A stretch of 64,000 nt of DNA, taken from the NCBI GenBank assembly GCA_037481815.1, contig JBBFKX010000001.1:288001-352000 (forward strand), in the 5' to 3' direction. How positions within the stretch are numbered: the first letter of the stretch is position 1; each line of letters begins with the position of its first letter. Below the pieces are notes generated by a model. It did no database searches and was not told the origin of the DNA. It worked only from the letters and a program-made list of their open reading frames with translations. The stretch is from a candidate division WOR-3 bacterium (GTDB taxonomy: Bacteria; Hydrothermota; 32-111). This document shows, piece by piece, positions 9,805 through 19,941 of the stretch. The position numbers and the translations under genes are program-made.

Positions 9805-11155
9805 AAAACAAAAGATGAACTCTCCCCTCCAAAGGTGTTAAATCTTTGTTTAAAGCGTAATAAAGAGAAGTTTTGTAATTTGAAATATTCGCAGTCAAAA
9901 ATAATCCATAAGAGAATAGATTTTTAAAGGATCTATAATTTTTTAATTGCTCAAGGTTGTAAAAAATGTTATCAAAAAATATCCCCGTCTCAAAATTTTT
10001 CCCGAGATATCCGATTTTTACCTCCTGATAAAGGAAAGTAAAAACCTTTAAAAAATTCTCAGGATAACCTTTTATATTTTTATTTCCACCAATCTGGACT
10101 TTCATGTAATCTTTTAAATTTGAAGCGAAATTCAAATAGGAATCAAAATAGAACCAATATCCAAAAACTTTTATATTGTTTTTATATCCAATTTGGGGAG
10201 TCATATAAGCCCAACTATTTTTCAAATCAGTATAATTGATTGTTGATTTATTCGAAAAGAAAAAGTTCTTTGAAAAATAGTCTAATCCTCCAATTAAAAA
10301 ATTCTCAACAATGTCAAAAGAATCGGATGCAAGATAATTAATACTTCTTTTCCCATAACCTGTTAAGGCGGAAAACTTTTCTGTAATAAAAACTTTTATA
10401 CCAGCATTATACTCTTGTTTAGTATAAAAGGTCTCTATTGATTCAAAATTAATATTACCAAAAAGACCCAAAGGAGTTGAAAAGATATAAGGAAACTCAA
10501 AATTTGCAGAAAGATATGTGTTATTTTTGTTTATTCTTTGATAGTCGATTGAGTAAATATCAAAATATCCAAAAGGACTTTTTAAAAATATGTTTAAAAA
10601 TCCGTTCAAGTTGAATGAATCAATCGATGATGTCAAAATTCCTGAAATTGAAGATAGTTTTCCCTGATCTATTTTCGTTTTGATAATTACAGAACTATCA
10701 GAAAATTTTTCGACATAAAAGGTTGTATCTATTAGTAAATCCTCATTACTTGAAAGATTCTTTAACTTCTCTACTATATATTTTTCTTGAAAAACTTTAT
10801 TTTTCAATCTTAAAATTCCATTCAGATACGAACTTTTTACATTGTAAACATTTTCCACTCTTTCAATAAAAAATTTTCCATTCTCCTTTATTGTTAAATA
10901 AAAGATATCAAAATTACCATAATTCAAAACAGAATCTATTTCTATCGTTATAAAAGGATATCCATAGTTCAGATAGATATTCAATATTTCTTCAATTCCC
11001 TGCTTTATCCCCTTATTTTTTAAAATTGAATCTATTATTTCATTTGAAACAGTATTGTTCCCATAAAAAAAAACCCTGCTTTCGTTTGAATAAAGCAGGG
11101 TTATAAAATTTAAACAGAATAAGAAAAATAAAATTTTCTTATTGAGGTGTAACAG
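9791..11155 (-). CDS. POTRA-containing Omp85/TamA-like outer-membrane protein (N-terminus extended beyond the track's 10984)
   Basis: The frame is open from 11161 and gives LHLNKKILFFLFCLNFITLLYS-NESRVFFYGNNTVSNEII (signal peptide plus POTRA-like start), YLNYGYPF, IGGNKNIKGYPE (Omp85 lid-loop-like) and C-terminal FSIYF. Probable CTG start 10 nt after TAAGGAG. Confidence 0.65.
   Translation of the reverse strand: MLHLNKKILFFLFCLNFITLLYSNESRVFFYGNNTVSNEIIDSILKNKGIKQGIEEILNIYLNYGYPFITIEIDSVLNYGNFDIFYLTIKENGKFFIERVENVYNVKSSYLNGILRLKNKVFQEKYIVEKLKNLSSNEDLLIDTTFYVEKFSDSSVIIKTKIDQGKLSSISGILTSSIDSFNLNGFLNIFLKSPFGYFDIYSIDYQRINKNNTYLSANFEFPYIFSTPLGLFGNINFESIETFYTKQEYNAGIKVFITEKFSALTGYGKRSINYLASDSFDIVENFLIGGLDYFSKNFFFSNKSTINYTDLKNSWAYMTPQIGYKNNIKVFGYWFYFDSYLNFASNLKDYMKVQIGGNKNIKGYPENFLKVFTFLYQEVKIGYLGKNFETGIFFDNIFYNLEQLKNYRSFKNLFSYGLFLTANISNYKTSLYYALNKDLTPLEGRVHLLFSIYF
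11065..11102 (-). terminator. Intrinsic terminator after the tRNA-Ala operon, lying inside the next CDS
   Basis: 11-bp stem AACCCTGCTTT/AAAGCAGGGTT, 9-nt loop and a T9 run on the minus strand. Confidence 0.8.
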
Positions 11156-11498
11156 TTGTATTTATCTCCTTATTAAAATAGAAAGATTTGTTGATAACAG
11201 GAATGGTTATGGAATCAACATAGGAGAATTGAACATTACATGACACATTACCTTGTTTAGTTACAATTATGTCATCATAGGTAAGATTTATACCTTTTTC
11301 TGAAAGTTTTTCCATAACCTTATCTTTTACAATATATTCATCACTTCTGATTTCTCCATACAGGATTTTGTTTATCTGTTCAACCAGCTGATAATTTTTG
11401 ATTTCCATCGAAAGGTATTGCCATCCCATATAACCAAGAAGAACAAGGATGAGTAAAAAAATTCCAAGTTTTATAAATCCAATAATTTTATCAACCAT
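11139..11498 (-). CDS. Single-TM hypothetical protein (DUF4845-like)
   Basis: N-terminal TM helix and a C-terminal beta pattern (YVDSITIPVIN..FYF). The family call is tentative. Confidence 0.5.
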   Translation of the reverse strand: MVDKIIGFIKLGIFLLILVLLGYMGWQYLSMEIKNYQLVEQINKILYGEIRSDEYIVKDKVMEKLSEKGINLTYDDIIVTKQGNVSCNVQFSYVDSITIPVINKSFYFNKEINTTVTPQ

Positions 11499-11499
11499 T

Positions 11500-12660
11500 T
11501 TACCACCTTGTTGGGTCTATCTCCTTTTTCCTTTTTTCTATATTTTCAAGACCTGTCTGTGCTTCTTTTACATACTTACCTTTCATTTCAATTATCTTGT
11601 TGAAATATGATGCTGACTTGTCGAGTATTTTAAGTGCTTCCTGATAATTTTCATCACTCTTCTTTGCTTTTACTGGATCAACTTTTAAAAAGTATGCCTG
11701 TGCTATCAATAAAAGTGCATTCACATCATTTGGACTTTTGGCAAGTGCTTTATCAAGGTAATTTATCGCTCTATCGTAATCTTTAATTTCCATATACATC
11801 TGACCTAAATAAAGATATGGCACTGTTGAATAAGGCATCAAGGTTATCATTTTGTTATAATTTTTCTCTGCTGATGAATAATCCTTAAGTCCCTGATAAG
11901 CCCTTGCAAGCCCAAGGTAAGTGTTAACTATAGTGGAATCGAGTTGATTGACCCTGTTGTATGTTTCTATTGCCTTTTGATATTGCTTTGTTTCAAGATA
12001 TGCTTCAGCAAGGTTTGAAAGAGGTTCTACAAATGTTGGATGGTTATCAGAGATTTTTTTCAGAAGATCCACTGCCTTTTGATACTGCTCAACCTTTATC
12101 AACGCCTTTGCATAAGCATAGGCAGCAACCAAATTTTCTGGATCGAAATTACATGCTTTTTCATAGCATGAAAGTTTATTAAACTCTTTTCTGGATGGAG
12201 AAATATTTTCATAAAGTTGAGCGAGTCCATAATATGCTTTTGAACTCGTTGAATCGATTTTCAAAGCATCAAAGAAAAATTTTTCTGCATCATTATATTT
12301 TTTTAGTTTTATATACAGGTTCCCCATATTAACAAAACCTTCTGGATTTGATGGGAATTTTGTCATCATAAAATTGTACAACGACTCAGCTCTTGTATAA
12401 TCCATTTTTCCTTCAAAACTTTTTCCAAGTCCATTGTATGCTTCGATAAAATCCAAACTCTCTTCTATAGATTTTTGAAAATTTTTGATCGCTGAATCAT
12501 ATATCTTGTTTTTCAAATATTCTTTTCCAAAATCAAAATATTTTATCGCATCTGAAACCTGCTGATTTGGTTGCGTTGTCTTATTGGATGTCTGGGTTGT
12601 TGCCTGACAACCAAAAATCAGGATAAAAATTGCAAGAAATATGAACAAAACTTTTTTCAT
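11500..12660 (-). CDS. TPR-repeat lipoprotein
   Basis: Lipobox IFGC and multiple TPR units (AYNGLG, AYYGLA, TYLGLA, YLYLG). Confidence 0.85.
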   Translation of the reverse strand: MKKVLFIFLAIFILIFGCQATTQTSNKTTQPNQQVSDAIKYFDFGKEYLKNKIYDSAIKNFQKSIEESLDFIEAYNGLGKSFEGKMDYTRAESLYNFMMTKFPSNPEGFVNMGNLYIKLKKYNDAEKFFFDALKIDSTSSKAYYGLAQLYENISPSRKEFNKLSCYEKACNFDPENLVAAYAYAKALIKVEQYQKAVDLLKKISDNHPTFVEPLSNLAEAYLETKQYQKAIETYNRVNQLDSTIVNTYLGLARAYQGLKDYSSAEKNYNKMITLMPYSTVPYLYLGQMYMEIKDYDRAINYLDKALAKSPNDVNALLLIAQAYFLKVDPVKAKKSDENYQEALKILDKSASYFNKIIEMKGKYVKEAQTGLENIEKRKKEIDPTRW

Positions 12661-12669
12661 TTGAGCACC

Positions 12670-13113
12670 TCATTTGTTTTTTGTTTTTGTTTTATCAACA
12701 ACTTTCATTGTATCTATATGCTGAATTGGTGGTCTACAGAAAACGACAGTTTTGTTTGAGTCCTTTGCCCTACCGTAAGCAAAATATGTTTTCTTCGGAT
12801 CAGTTGTCTGATAGAAGATCGTTTTATCAGCAAAAACATGTTCGACCATTTCTGGCCATTTATCAACATCCTGCCCTTCAGCATTTTTCACTATAAAATA
12901 TGGTCTCAGTTTTTCTTCAAACTCCTTTTGTGTTGATGGATATGTTTCATGTTCAACATAATATTGTTCCATAAGGTTTGTCAACTTTGTCATCGTTCTC
13001 TGTGCATCTTTGATTGCAGCAAAATCCATAAATGAGCCCTTAGGTTTTGAACATGATGTTATAACCAAAATAGTTAACAAAAAAATCAATGTTAGAAAAA
13101 CTAACTTTTTCAT
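12670..13113 (-). CDS. Lipoprotein with a pilin/pseudopilin-like segment
   Basis: Lipobox ITSC, then AQRTMTKLTNLMEQYYVEHETYP, resembling a type IV pilin/GspG alpha-helix. GGAGG SD. Confidence 0.55.
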   Translation of the reverse strand: MKKLVFLTLIFLLTILVITSCSKPKGSFMDFAAIKDAQRTMTKLTNLMEQYYVEHETYPSTQKEFEEKLRPYFIVKNAEGQDVDKWPEMVEHVFADKTIFYQTTDPKKTYFAYGRAKDSNKTVVFCRPPIQHIDTMKVVDKTKTKNK

Positions 13114-13137
13114 TTAACTAACCTCCTGATGTTAAAA

Positions 13138-13210
13138 TGGAGCTAACGGGAGTCGAACCCGTGACCTTTTGACTGCCAGTCAAACGCGCTCCCAACTGCG
13201 CTATAGCCCC
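13138..13210 (-). tRNA. tRNA-Ala(GGC), CCA not encoded
   Basis: GGGGCTATAGCGCAGTTGGGAGCGCGTTTGACTGGCAGTCAAAAGGTCACGGGTTCGACTCCCGTTAGCTCCA: cloverleaf, anticodon GGC, G3:U70 pair. Confidence 0.97.
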
Positions 13211-13223
13211 ATACTAATCTTTT

Positions 13224-13251
13224 ATTTTAATTCTTTTTCCTAAAATGTCAA
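13224..13251 (-). promoter_or_regulatory. Putative tRNA-Ala operon promoter
   Basis: TTGACA-N16-TAAAAT. Confidence 0.65.
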
Positions 13252-13679
13252 TTATTTTCAAAAGAACAAATCTTATCCAACCTTCTTTGGTGTCTTCCAC
13301 CCTCAAACTTTTCCTCAGCAAAAACTTTCACTATTTTACAAAGATCTTTGCCTTCAACAACTTTTGCACCAAGTACAAGTATGTTTGCATCGTTATGTTT
13401 TCTTGCAAGTGAGGCAAACTCTTGATCAATAACATAGGCAGCACGTATTCCCTTTATTTTGTTTGCTGCAATCGACATTCCAATTCCCGAATAGCAGATT
13501 AAAATTCCAAAATCAACTCTCTTTTCAAGAACATCCTGCGCAACTGCTTTCACATAGTCAGGATAATCGACACTCTCTTCGGAAAATGTTCCCCTGTCAA
13601 CAAATTCAAACTCCGTGCATTTTTTTATCTCTTCCTTTATTTTTAATCCCCTGTGATCGCTTCCAATAGAGATTTTCAA
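13248..13679 (-). CDS. rpiB: Ribose-5-phosphate isomerase B
   Basis: GSDHRG, DYPD, CYSGIGMSIAANK, HNDAN, FEGGRHQRR. TTG start after an AGGAG SD. Confidence 0.95.
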   Translation of the reverse strand: MKISIGSDHRGLKIKEEIKKCTEFEFVDRGTFSEESVDYPDYVKAVAQDVLEKRVDFGILICYSGIGMSIAANKIKGIRAAYVIDQEFASLARKHNDANILVLGAKVVEGKDLCKIVKVFAEEKFEGGRHQRRLDKICSFENN

Positions 13680-13688
13680 GTTAAACTC

Positions 13689-14591
13689 CTATTTTTTCAG
13701 CATCATAAGTGCAAGAACTAAAGACCAGTATTTGATTTCAGCTGTGTCTCCTCTTGATGTTAAAACAACCGGAGCCATAGTTCCGACCAAAATTGCAGCA
13801 AGATCAGCTTTTGCCAGTTTTGTTAAAGATTTATATAGGACATTTCCTGCATCTATTTCAGGTGCAACCACGATGTCAGCATCTGCACCAACAGGGCTGT
13901 GGAAATTCTTTTCTTCACATGCTTCTTTTGATACAGCAAGATCGAGTGCCATCGGTCCTTCGACAAGTGCATCTCCAAAATCGCCTCTATCACCCATTTT
14001 TGAGATTATTGCAGCATCAACAGATGATTGCATTTTCAGGTTAACCGTTTCAGCAGCTGCAAGAATCGCGACTTTTGGTTGTTTTATATCAATGTTTCTT
14101 GCGAGTTCTATGGCATTCTTGATTATCTTAACCTTTTCTTCAAGTGTTGGAGCAATGTTAATAGCAACATCTGTGACTATCAAAAATTTGTGATATGTTT
14201 CAAGAGAAAACACTGAAACATGTGAGACAAGAGATCCAGGTTTTACGATGCCAGTTTCTTTATTTAAAATTGGTCTCATAAAATTTGATGTTGTGATTGA
14301 ACCTTTCAATATAACATCGGCTTTTCCTTCTTTAACAAGGTTAACTGCTATTTTTGCTGATTCAACTTCGTTTGGTGAATCAACAATTTCATACTCGCCA
14401 CTATAGTTAACCTTTTTTAATAGTTCTTCGATTTTTGCTTTCTGTCCTATAAGGATCGGATATGCAAAACCTTTGTTTGCGGCTTCAACAGCAGCATCTA
14501 TCGCTGATTCTATTGTAGCGTTCACAACAGCAACTTTTGCTTTTATTTTTCTTTCTTTTAATTTTTCCTCAAAAATTTTGAATTTACTCAT
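13689..14591 (-). CDS. ptb: Phosphate butyryl/acyltransferase
   Basis: KGSITT, VSHV, TDVAINIAP, GPMALDLA, GNVLYK, LTSRGD. Start set at MSKFK (14591). Confidence 0.88.
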   Translation of the reverse strand: MSKFKIFEEKLKERKIKAKVAVVNATIESAIDAAVEAANKGFAYPILIGQKAKIEELLKKVNYSGEYEIVDSPNEVESAKIAVNLVKEGKADVILKGSITTSNFMRPILNKETGIVKPGSLVSHVSVFSLETYHKFLIVTDVAINIAPTLEEKVKIIKNAIELARNIDIKQPKVAILAAAETVNLKMQSSVDAAIISKMGDRGDFGDALVEGPMALDLAVSKEACEEKNFHSPVGADADIVVAPEIDAGNVLYKSLTKLAKADLAAILVGTMAPVVLTSRGDTAEIKYWSLVLALMMLKK

Positions 14592-15003
14592 TTTTCTTCT
14601 CCTCTTTTTCTTCAACAAATTCTATTAAAATCCCATCTGAAGATTTTGGATGCATAAAAGCTATTGGATGTCCTTCAGCACCTATTCTTGGCTTTTGGTC
14701 GATCATTCTATAACCTTTTGCGACAAAATCTTCTATGGTCTTTTGAATATCATCAACTGTAAAAGCGATATGGTGTAATGAGTTTCCCCTGTTGTCAACA
14801 AACTGTGCGATTGAAGATTCCATATCTGTTGGCTGTATAATTTCGAAAAGAACTCCACCGATATCAAACATCGCAACTTTCACCTTTTGATCAGGAACAT
14901 CAACTTCCATATCACATTTTTTTCCAAAAATCTCTTCAAAAACTTTTTTGCTTTTTTCAAGATTTGAAACAGCAATCGAAATGTGGTTAAATTTTTTAAT
15001 CAT
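14584..15003 (-). CDS. mce: Methylmalonyl-CoA epimerase
   Basis: [29 protein letters not shown]. Adjacent to the mutase. Confidence 0.9.
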   Translation of the reverse strand: MIKKFNHISIAVSNLEKSKKVFEEIFGKKCDMEVDVPDQKVKVAMFDIGGVLFEIIQPTDMESSIAQFVDNRGNSLHHIAFTVDDIQKTIEDFVAKGYRMIDQKPRIGAEGHPIAFMHPKSSDGILIEFVEEKEEKKNE

Positions 15004-16564
15004 TATCGAATAACCCCCATTTATTTTTCATTACATTAATAATCTCTCCCATAGTCGCTTTATTCTCAACTGCTTCAATCACATAAGGGAAAAGATTTTC
15101 GTTCGTATCACATACCTGTGAAATCTTTTCAAGGATCTTTTTCACTTTTTCGTTATCTCTATTCTTTCTGAATTCTTTTAAAATCTCTTTCCTTTTTAAC
15201 TCAACACTTTCATCAATCTTCATTAGATTTGATTTAATGTTTTCTTCAATTTTAAACTTATTTAATCCAACTATTATCTTTTCACCTGATTCAACCTCTT
15301 TTTGGAACCTGTAAGAAGAGTTGTGAATCTCATTTTTAAAGTAACCTGTCTCTACACATCTTACTGCACCACCCATCTTTTCAATCTTATCAAGATATTC
15401 CCATACAAGTTTTTCTATCTCATCGGTTAATGTTTCAATGTAATAACTTCCACCAAGTGGATCAACAACATCACAAACACCTGTTTCATAAGCAATTATC
15501 TGTTGCGTCCTGAGTGCTATTCTGACCGATTCTTCAGTTGGAAGAGCGAGTGCTTCATCGTAGGAGTTTGTGTGTAAAGATTGTGTTCCTCCTAATACTG
15601 CTGATAATGCCTGTAGAGCAACTCTTACAATGTTATTCATGGGCTGCTGGGCTGTTAACATTGAACCTGCTGTTTGAGTGTGAAATCTGAGCATCATACT
15701 TTTTGGATCTTTTGCTTTAAACTTTTCTTTCATTATTTTTGCCCATATCCTTCTTGCTGCTCTGAATTTTGCTATCTCTTCGAAGAAATTGTTATGAGCG
15801 TTGAAAAAGAAGGATAACCTTGGAGCGAAAGAATCAACATCAAGTCCTTTTTTCAAAGCATACTCAACATAGGCGATAGCATCTGCAAAAGTGAAAGCAA
15901 GTTCCTGAACAGCAGTTGATCCAGCTTCTCTTATATGATAACCGGAAATAGAAATCGTGTTCCATTTCGGAAGATTTTTTGAACAGAATTCAAAAATATC
16001 TGCTGTTAACCTCATAGAAGGTTCTGGTGGAAAAATATAGTTTCCCCTTGCTGTGTACTCTTTCAAAATATCGTTTTGGATAGTTCCAGAGAGTTTGTCC
16101 ATACTAACTCCCTGTTTTTTGGCGACTATGATATACATCGCAAGGATAATCATTGATGAAGCATTTATTGTCATCGAAGTGGAAACCTGATCAAGAGGAA
16201 TTCCGTCGAAAAGGACCATCATATCATCAACAGTTGAAATCGCAACCCCAACTTTTCCAACCTCTCCTGATGAAAGTGGATCATCCGAGTCAAGCCCAAG
16301 TTGAGTTGGGAGATCAAAAGCAACAGAAAGTCCTGTCTGACCATTTTTCAAAAGGTATTTGAATCTTTCGTTAGTTTCTTCTGCTGTTCCAAATCCAGCA
16401 TACTGTCTCATAGTCCATGGTTTTCCACGATACATCGTTGAGTACACACCTCTTGTAAAAGGATACTCCCCGGGTTTACCAAGTTCTGGTTCACCCTTCA
16501 AATCGTTCTTATCATAGAAAACTTTTAACTCGATTCCCGATGAATTGAATTTTTTATCTTCCAT
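14996..16564 (-). CDS. Methylmalonyl-CoA mutase, large (substrate-binding) subunit
   Basis: [18 protein letters not shown] (Tyr determinant), [12 protein letters not shown] (Arg), [18 protein letters not shown]. No B12-binding domain. Confidence 0.93.
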   Translation of the reverse strand: MEDKKFNSSGIELKVFYDKNDLKGEPELGKPGEYPFTRGVYSTMYRGKPWTMRQYAGFGTAEETNERFKYLLKNGQTGLSVAFDLPTQLGLDSDDPLSSGEVGKVGVAISTVDDMMVLFDGIPLDQVSTSMTINASSMIILAMYIIVAKKQGVSMDKLSGTIQNDILKEYTARGNYIFPPEPSMRLTADIFEFCSKNLPKWNTISISGYHIREAGSTAVQELAFTFADAIAYVEYALKKGLDVDSFAPRLSFFFNAHNNFFEEIAKFRAARRIWAKIMKEKFKAKDPKSMMLRFHTQTAGSMLTAQQPMNNIVRVALQALSAVLGGTQSLHTNSYDEALALPTEESVRIALRTQQIIAYETGVCDVVDPLGGSYYIETLTDEIEKLVWEYLDKIEKMGGAVRCVETGYFKNEIHNSSYRFQKEVESGEKIIVGLNKFKIEENIKSNLMKIDESVELKRKEILKEFRKNRDNEKVKKILEKISQVCDTNENLFPYVIEAVENKATMGEIINVMKNKWGLFDND

Positions 16565-16594
16565 ATATCCTCACATTTTTAAACTTAAATTTTT

Positions 16595-16622
16595 ATTTTA
16601 TTTAATATTTTTTCTAAGTCAA
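16595..16622 (-). promoter_or_regulatory. Putative promoter of the mutase operon
   Basis: TTGACT-N16-TAAAAT. Confidence 0.6.
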
Positions 16623-16627
16623 CAAAA

Positions 16628-18256
16628 TTATATTTTAATGTTGCCTTCTTCATCGATATACATATTTAAAGCAGCTGGTTCTTCAGGTAATCCCGGCATC
16701 GTCATAATGTTTCCAAGGTAAACTACTATAAACCCAGCACCACTTGAAACTTTTAAATCTTTTATCTCAATATTAAAATTCTTTGGTCTTCCAAGTAATT
16801 TTTCGTTGTCTGAAAAAGAATATTGGGTTTTTGCTATACAAATAGGTAAATCTGAAAAACCCCAATCCTCGATCATCTTTATTTTATCTCTAACCTTTTT
16901 GTTAACAACTATACCATAAGCACCGTAAATTCTATATGCTACCTTTTTAATCTTTTCTTCAATCGATTCTTTGAAATCATACACATAGTTTATTTCTTCT
17001 TCTTTTGGTTTTGATTTTAAAATATATTCAGCAAGAGGTAATGCTGTCTGGTATCCTTTGTTGTAAACATCGATTTGAAATATCTCGCAACCTTTTTCTT
17101 TAACAAGATCCTCAAGTAGTTTCAATTCCTCTTCATCATCTTCAGAAAATCTATTTAACGCAACAATTGTATTTATATTAAACGATTTCATGTTTTCAAT
17201 ATGTTTTTCAAGGTTGGAAAATCCTGTTTTTACTGCATCAAAATTTTTCGCATTTATATCTTTAAGTTTAACTCCACCATGATGTTTTATCGCTCTTAAT
17301 GTTGCTACTATAACCACATAGTCGGGTGGCACCATATTTTTGTTTCTACTGACTATATCGATAAACTTCTCAGCACCAAGATCACTACCAAATCCTGCTT
17401 CAACAACAGTGTATTCAGCAAGTCGCATCGAGAGATCTATAGAGGTTATTGAGCATGTCCCATGTGCAATATTTGCGAAAGGACCTGTGTGAACAAAAGC
17501 GGGATTGTTGTTCAGGGTCTGAACAATGTTTGGATTTATAGCATCTTTCAAAAGTATTGCCATTCCATTTTCAGCACCAATATCTTTTGCAAAAACTGGT
17601 CTGTTATCATAAGATATCCCGATCATTATCTTCGAAAGTTTCTCTTTCAACTCTCTTAAATCGTATGAAAGCCCAAGTATAGCCATGACTTCTGAAGCGG
17701 CTGTAATCTCAAACTTTGATTCCCTTATCTGTCCACTGTCATCACCAACACCTATAATTATCTTTCTTAGTGCTCGATCGTTCATATCAAGAACTCTATG
17801 GAAGAAAATATCTTTTGGCTGAAAATGTGAAATATTTTTTCTCGAATAAACATTATCAAGTAGTGCAGCAAGAAGATTGTGTGCTGATGTTACAGCGTGT
17901 ATATCACCGGTAAAATGTAAATTTATCTCATTTGAAGGCTCAATTTTTGATAAACCACCACCAGTTGCTCCACCTTTTACTCCAAAAACAGGGCCAAGAG
18001 ATGGCTCTCTTAAACAAACGATACTCTTTTTACCAAAAGCGTTCAAAGCATCAGAAAGACCTATTGAAACTGTTGTTTTCCCTTCACCGTAGGGAGTTGG
18101 GTTTATTGCTGTAACAAGTATGAGTTTTCCATTTTTGTTTCTTTTTTCCCTTTCTTTTAAATTAACTTTTGCAATGAATCTCCCATAAGGAATAATGTTT
18201 TCATTATCTATTCCAATTTTTTCACAGATCTCCTCAATTCTTTTTAGTTCCACCAT
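16628..18256 (-). CDS. fhs: Formate--tetrahydrofolate ligase
   Basis: TAINPTPYGEGKTT, LREPSLGP, NLHFTGD, GPFANIAHG, EAGFGSDLGAEKF, MTMPGL. Confidence 0.97.
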   Translation of the reverse strand: MVELKRIEEICEKIGIDNENIIPYGRFIAKVNLKEREKRNKNGKLILVTAINPTPYGEGKTTVSIGLSDALNAFGKKSIVCLREPSLGPVFGVKGGATGGGLSKIEPSNEINLHFTGDIHAVTSAHNLLAALLDNVYSRKNISHFQPKDIFFHRVLDMNDRALRKIIIGVGDDSGQIRESKFEITAASEVMAILGLSYDLRELKEKLSKIMIGISYDNRPVFAKDIGAENGMAILLKDAINPNIVQTLNNNPAFVHTGPFANIAHGTCSITSIDLSMRLAEYTVVEAGFGSDLGAEKFIDIVSRNKNMVPPDYVVIVATLRAIKHHGGVKLKDINAKNFDAVKTGFSNLEKHIENMKSFNINTIVALNRFSEDDEEELKLLEDLVKEKGCEIFQIDVYNKGYQTALPLAEYILKSKPKEEEINYVYDFKESIEEKIKKVAYRIYGAYGIVVNKKVRDKIKMIEDWGFSDLPICIAKTQYSFSDNEKLLGRPKNFNIEIKDLKVSSGAGFIVVYLGNIMTMPGLPEEPAALNMYIDEEGNIKI

Positions 18257-18278
18257 CTATTCTCCTTTTAAGATTTTA

Positions 18279-18367
18279 ATTTTAGATTAAATTCACTTTT
18301 TTTCAAGTGGTTAAAAAATTTATAAGTCGATCAATTTTGTTGAAAAAAAATTTTAAAATTATATAAT
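18279..18367. promoter_or_regulatory. Divergent promoters for fhs (-) and pckA (+)
   Basis: Minus strand TTGAAA-N16-TAAAAT (18279-18306); plus strand TTGAAA-N16-TATAAT (18340-18367). Confidence 0.6.
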
Positions 18368-18393
18368 AAAATTACAAAAATGAAGGAGGTTTG

Positions 18394-19938
18394 ATGGATA
18401 AAATTAATCTTTCAGATTTAAAAATAGTAAATTACAAAAACATTTACAGAAACCTTCCCCCAGCAAAACTTTTAGAGATAGCTATAGAAAGAAAGGAAGG
18501 GATATTTACAAATACTGGTGCATTTGTTGTTAACACTGGCAAATATAATGGGAGAAGCCCTGAAGATAGATTCATCGTTGATACTCCATCTGTACATAAT
18601 GATATTGCATGGGGAAAAGTAAATAAACCAATTTCAGAAGAGGTTTATGAAAACCTTTATCAAAAGATGAGAGCGTATGTGCAGGGTAAAGATCTTTTTG
18701 TTTTTGATGGATTTGTTGGTGCTGACAGAAGGTATGGATATTCTCTAAGAGTTGTGTGTGAACTTGCAAACCAGGCACTCGCGAGTTCATCACTTTTTTT
18801 AAGACCAACTGATGATGAGTTAAAAAATTTTAAACCTGATATAAATGTAATCTGTCTTCCCAATTTTAAGGCGATCCCTGAACTCGATAAAACAAATTCT
18901 GAATGTTTTATCATCATCAGTTACGACAAAATGACCGTTTTAATCGGTGGGACACAATATTTTGGTGAAATAAAAAAATCGATATTCACAATGATGAACT
19001 ACCTTTTACCAAAAAAGAATGTTTTTCCAATGCATTGCTCAGCGAATACAGATGATAAAGGAAACTCGGCAATATTTTTTGGACTATCGGGAACCGGGAA
19101 AACAACCCTTTCCGCTGATATTGAAAGAAGATTGATCGGAGATGATGAACATGGCTGGTCAGAAGATGGTGTTTTTAATTTTGAAGGTGGATGTTATGCA
19201 AAAACGATAAATCTAAAAAGAGAGACAGAACCACAGATCTACGATTCTTTAAAATTTGGTGCGGTTCTGGAAAATGTTATAGTCAAAGATAACGGAGAAC
19301 CTGATTATGCTGACGGTTCCCTAACCGAAAACACAAGAGCAGCATATCCTATCGATTTCATCCCAAATGCGGACCTTTCAGGAAAATGCTCTCATCCAAA
19401 ATATATAATCTTCTTGACCGCCGATGCTTTTGGTGTTCTTCCACCTGTATCCTTGCTTTCTGTTGAGGAAGCAATGTTCCATTTCGTTTCCGGATACACA
19501 AGTAAACTTGCTGGCACTGAGAGAGGAATAGTTGAACCACAGGCAACATTCTCAACATGTTTTGGAGCACCATTTATGCCGTTGAGTCCTGATAAATATG
19601 CAAAGATGTTAAAAGAAAAAATCTTAAAACATAAAACAAAAGTTTATCTTTTAAATACAGGATGGACAGGTGGACCTTATGGAGTTGGAAAAAGATTCAA
19701 CCTGCCATATACAAGAAGAATGGTAAAAGCGATATTAACAGATGAGTTTGGCAAAATAAAATTTGAAAAAGAAGAATTCTTTGGACTTATGATACCAACA
19801 GAATGTCCTGATGTTCCAAAGGAAGTTTTAAATCCTATCAATACCTGGGCAAACAAAGAGGAATACAAAAAAGCAGCACTGAATCTTAAAACGAGATTTG
19901 AAGAAAACTTCAAAAAGATGAACATTTCTTTAAACTGA
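18394..19938 (+). CDS. pckA: Phosphoenolpyruvate carboxykinase (ATP)
   Basis: GRSPEDR, MHCSAN, GLSGTGKTTLS, GDDEHGW, NFEGGCYAK, ENTRAAY. AAGGAGG SD. Confidence 0.97.
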   Translation: MDKINLSDLKIVNYKNIYRNLPPAKLLEIAIERKEGIFTNTGAFVVNTGKYNGRSPEDRFIVDTPSVHNDIAWGKVNKPISEEVYENLYQKMRAYVQGKDLFVFDGFVGADRRYGYSLRVVCELANQALASSSLFLRPTDDELKNFKPDINVICLPNFKAIPELDKTNSECFIIISYDKMTVLIGGTQYFGEIKKSIFTMMNYLLPKKNVFPMHCSANTDDKGNSAIFFGLSGTGKTTLSADIERRLIGDDEHGWSEDGVFNFEGGCYAKTINLKRETEPQIYDSLKFGAVLENVIVKDNGEPDYADGSLTENTRAAYPIDFIPNADLSGKCSHPKYIIFLTADAFGVLPPVSLLSVEEAMFHFVSGYTSKLAGTERGIVEPQATFSTCFGAPFMPLSPDKYAKMLKEKILKHKTKVYLLNTGWTGGPYGVGKRFNLPYTRRMVKAILTDEFGKIKFEKEEFFGLMIPTECPDVPKEVLNPINTWANKEEYKKAALNLKTRFEENFKKMNISLN

Positions 19939-19941
19939 TAA

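Noticed and set aside
13138..13210. tRNA-Ala as an integration site
   Set aside because: No integrase and no duplicated tRNA 3' end were seen in the window.
14996..16564. Isobutyryl-CoA or hydroxyisobutyryl-CoA mutase
   Set aside because: It has the Tyr (RQYAG) and Arg (YTARG) residues of methylmalonyl-CoA mutase, and the epimerase is adjacent.
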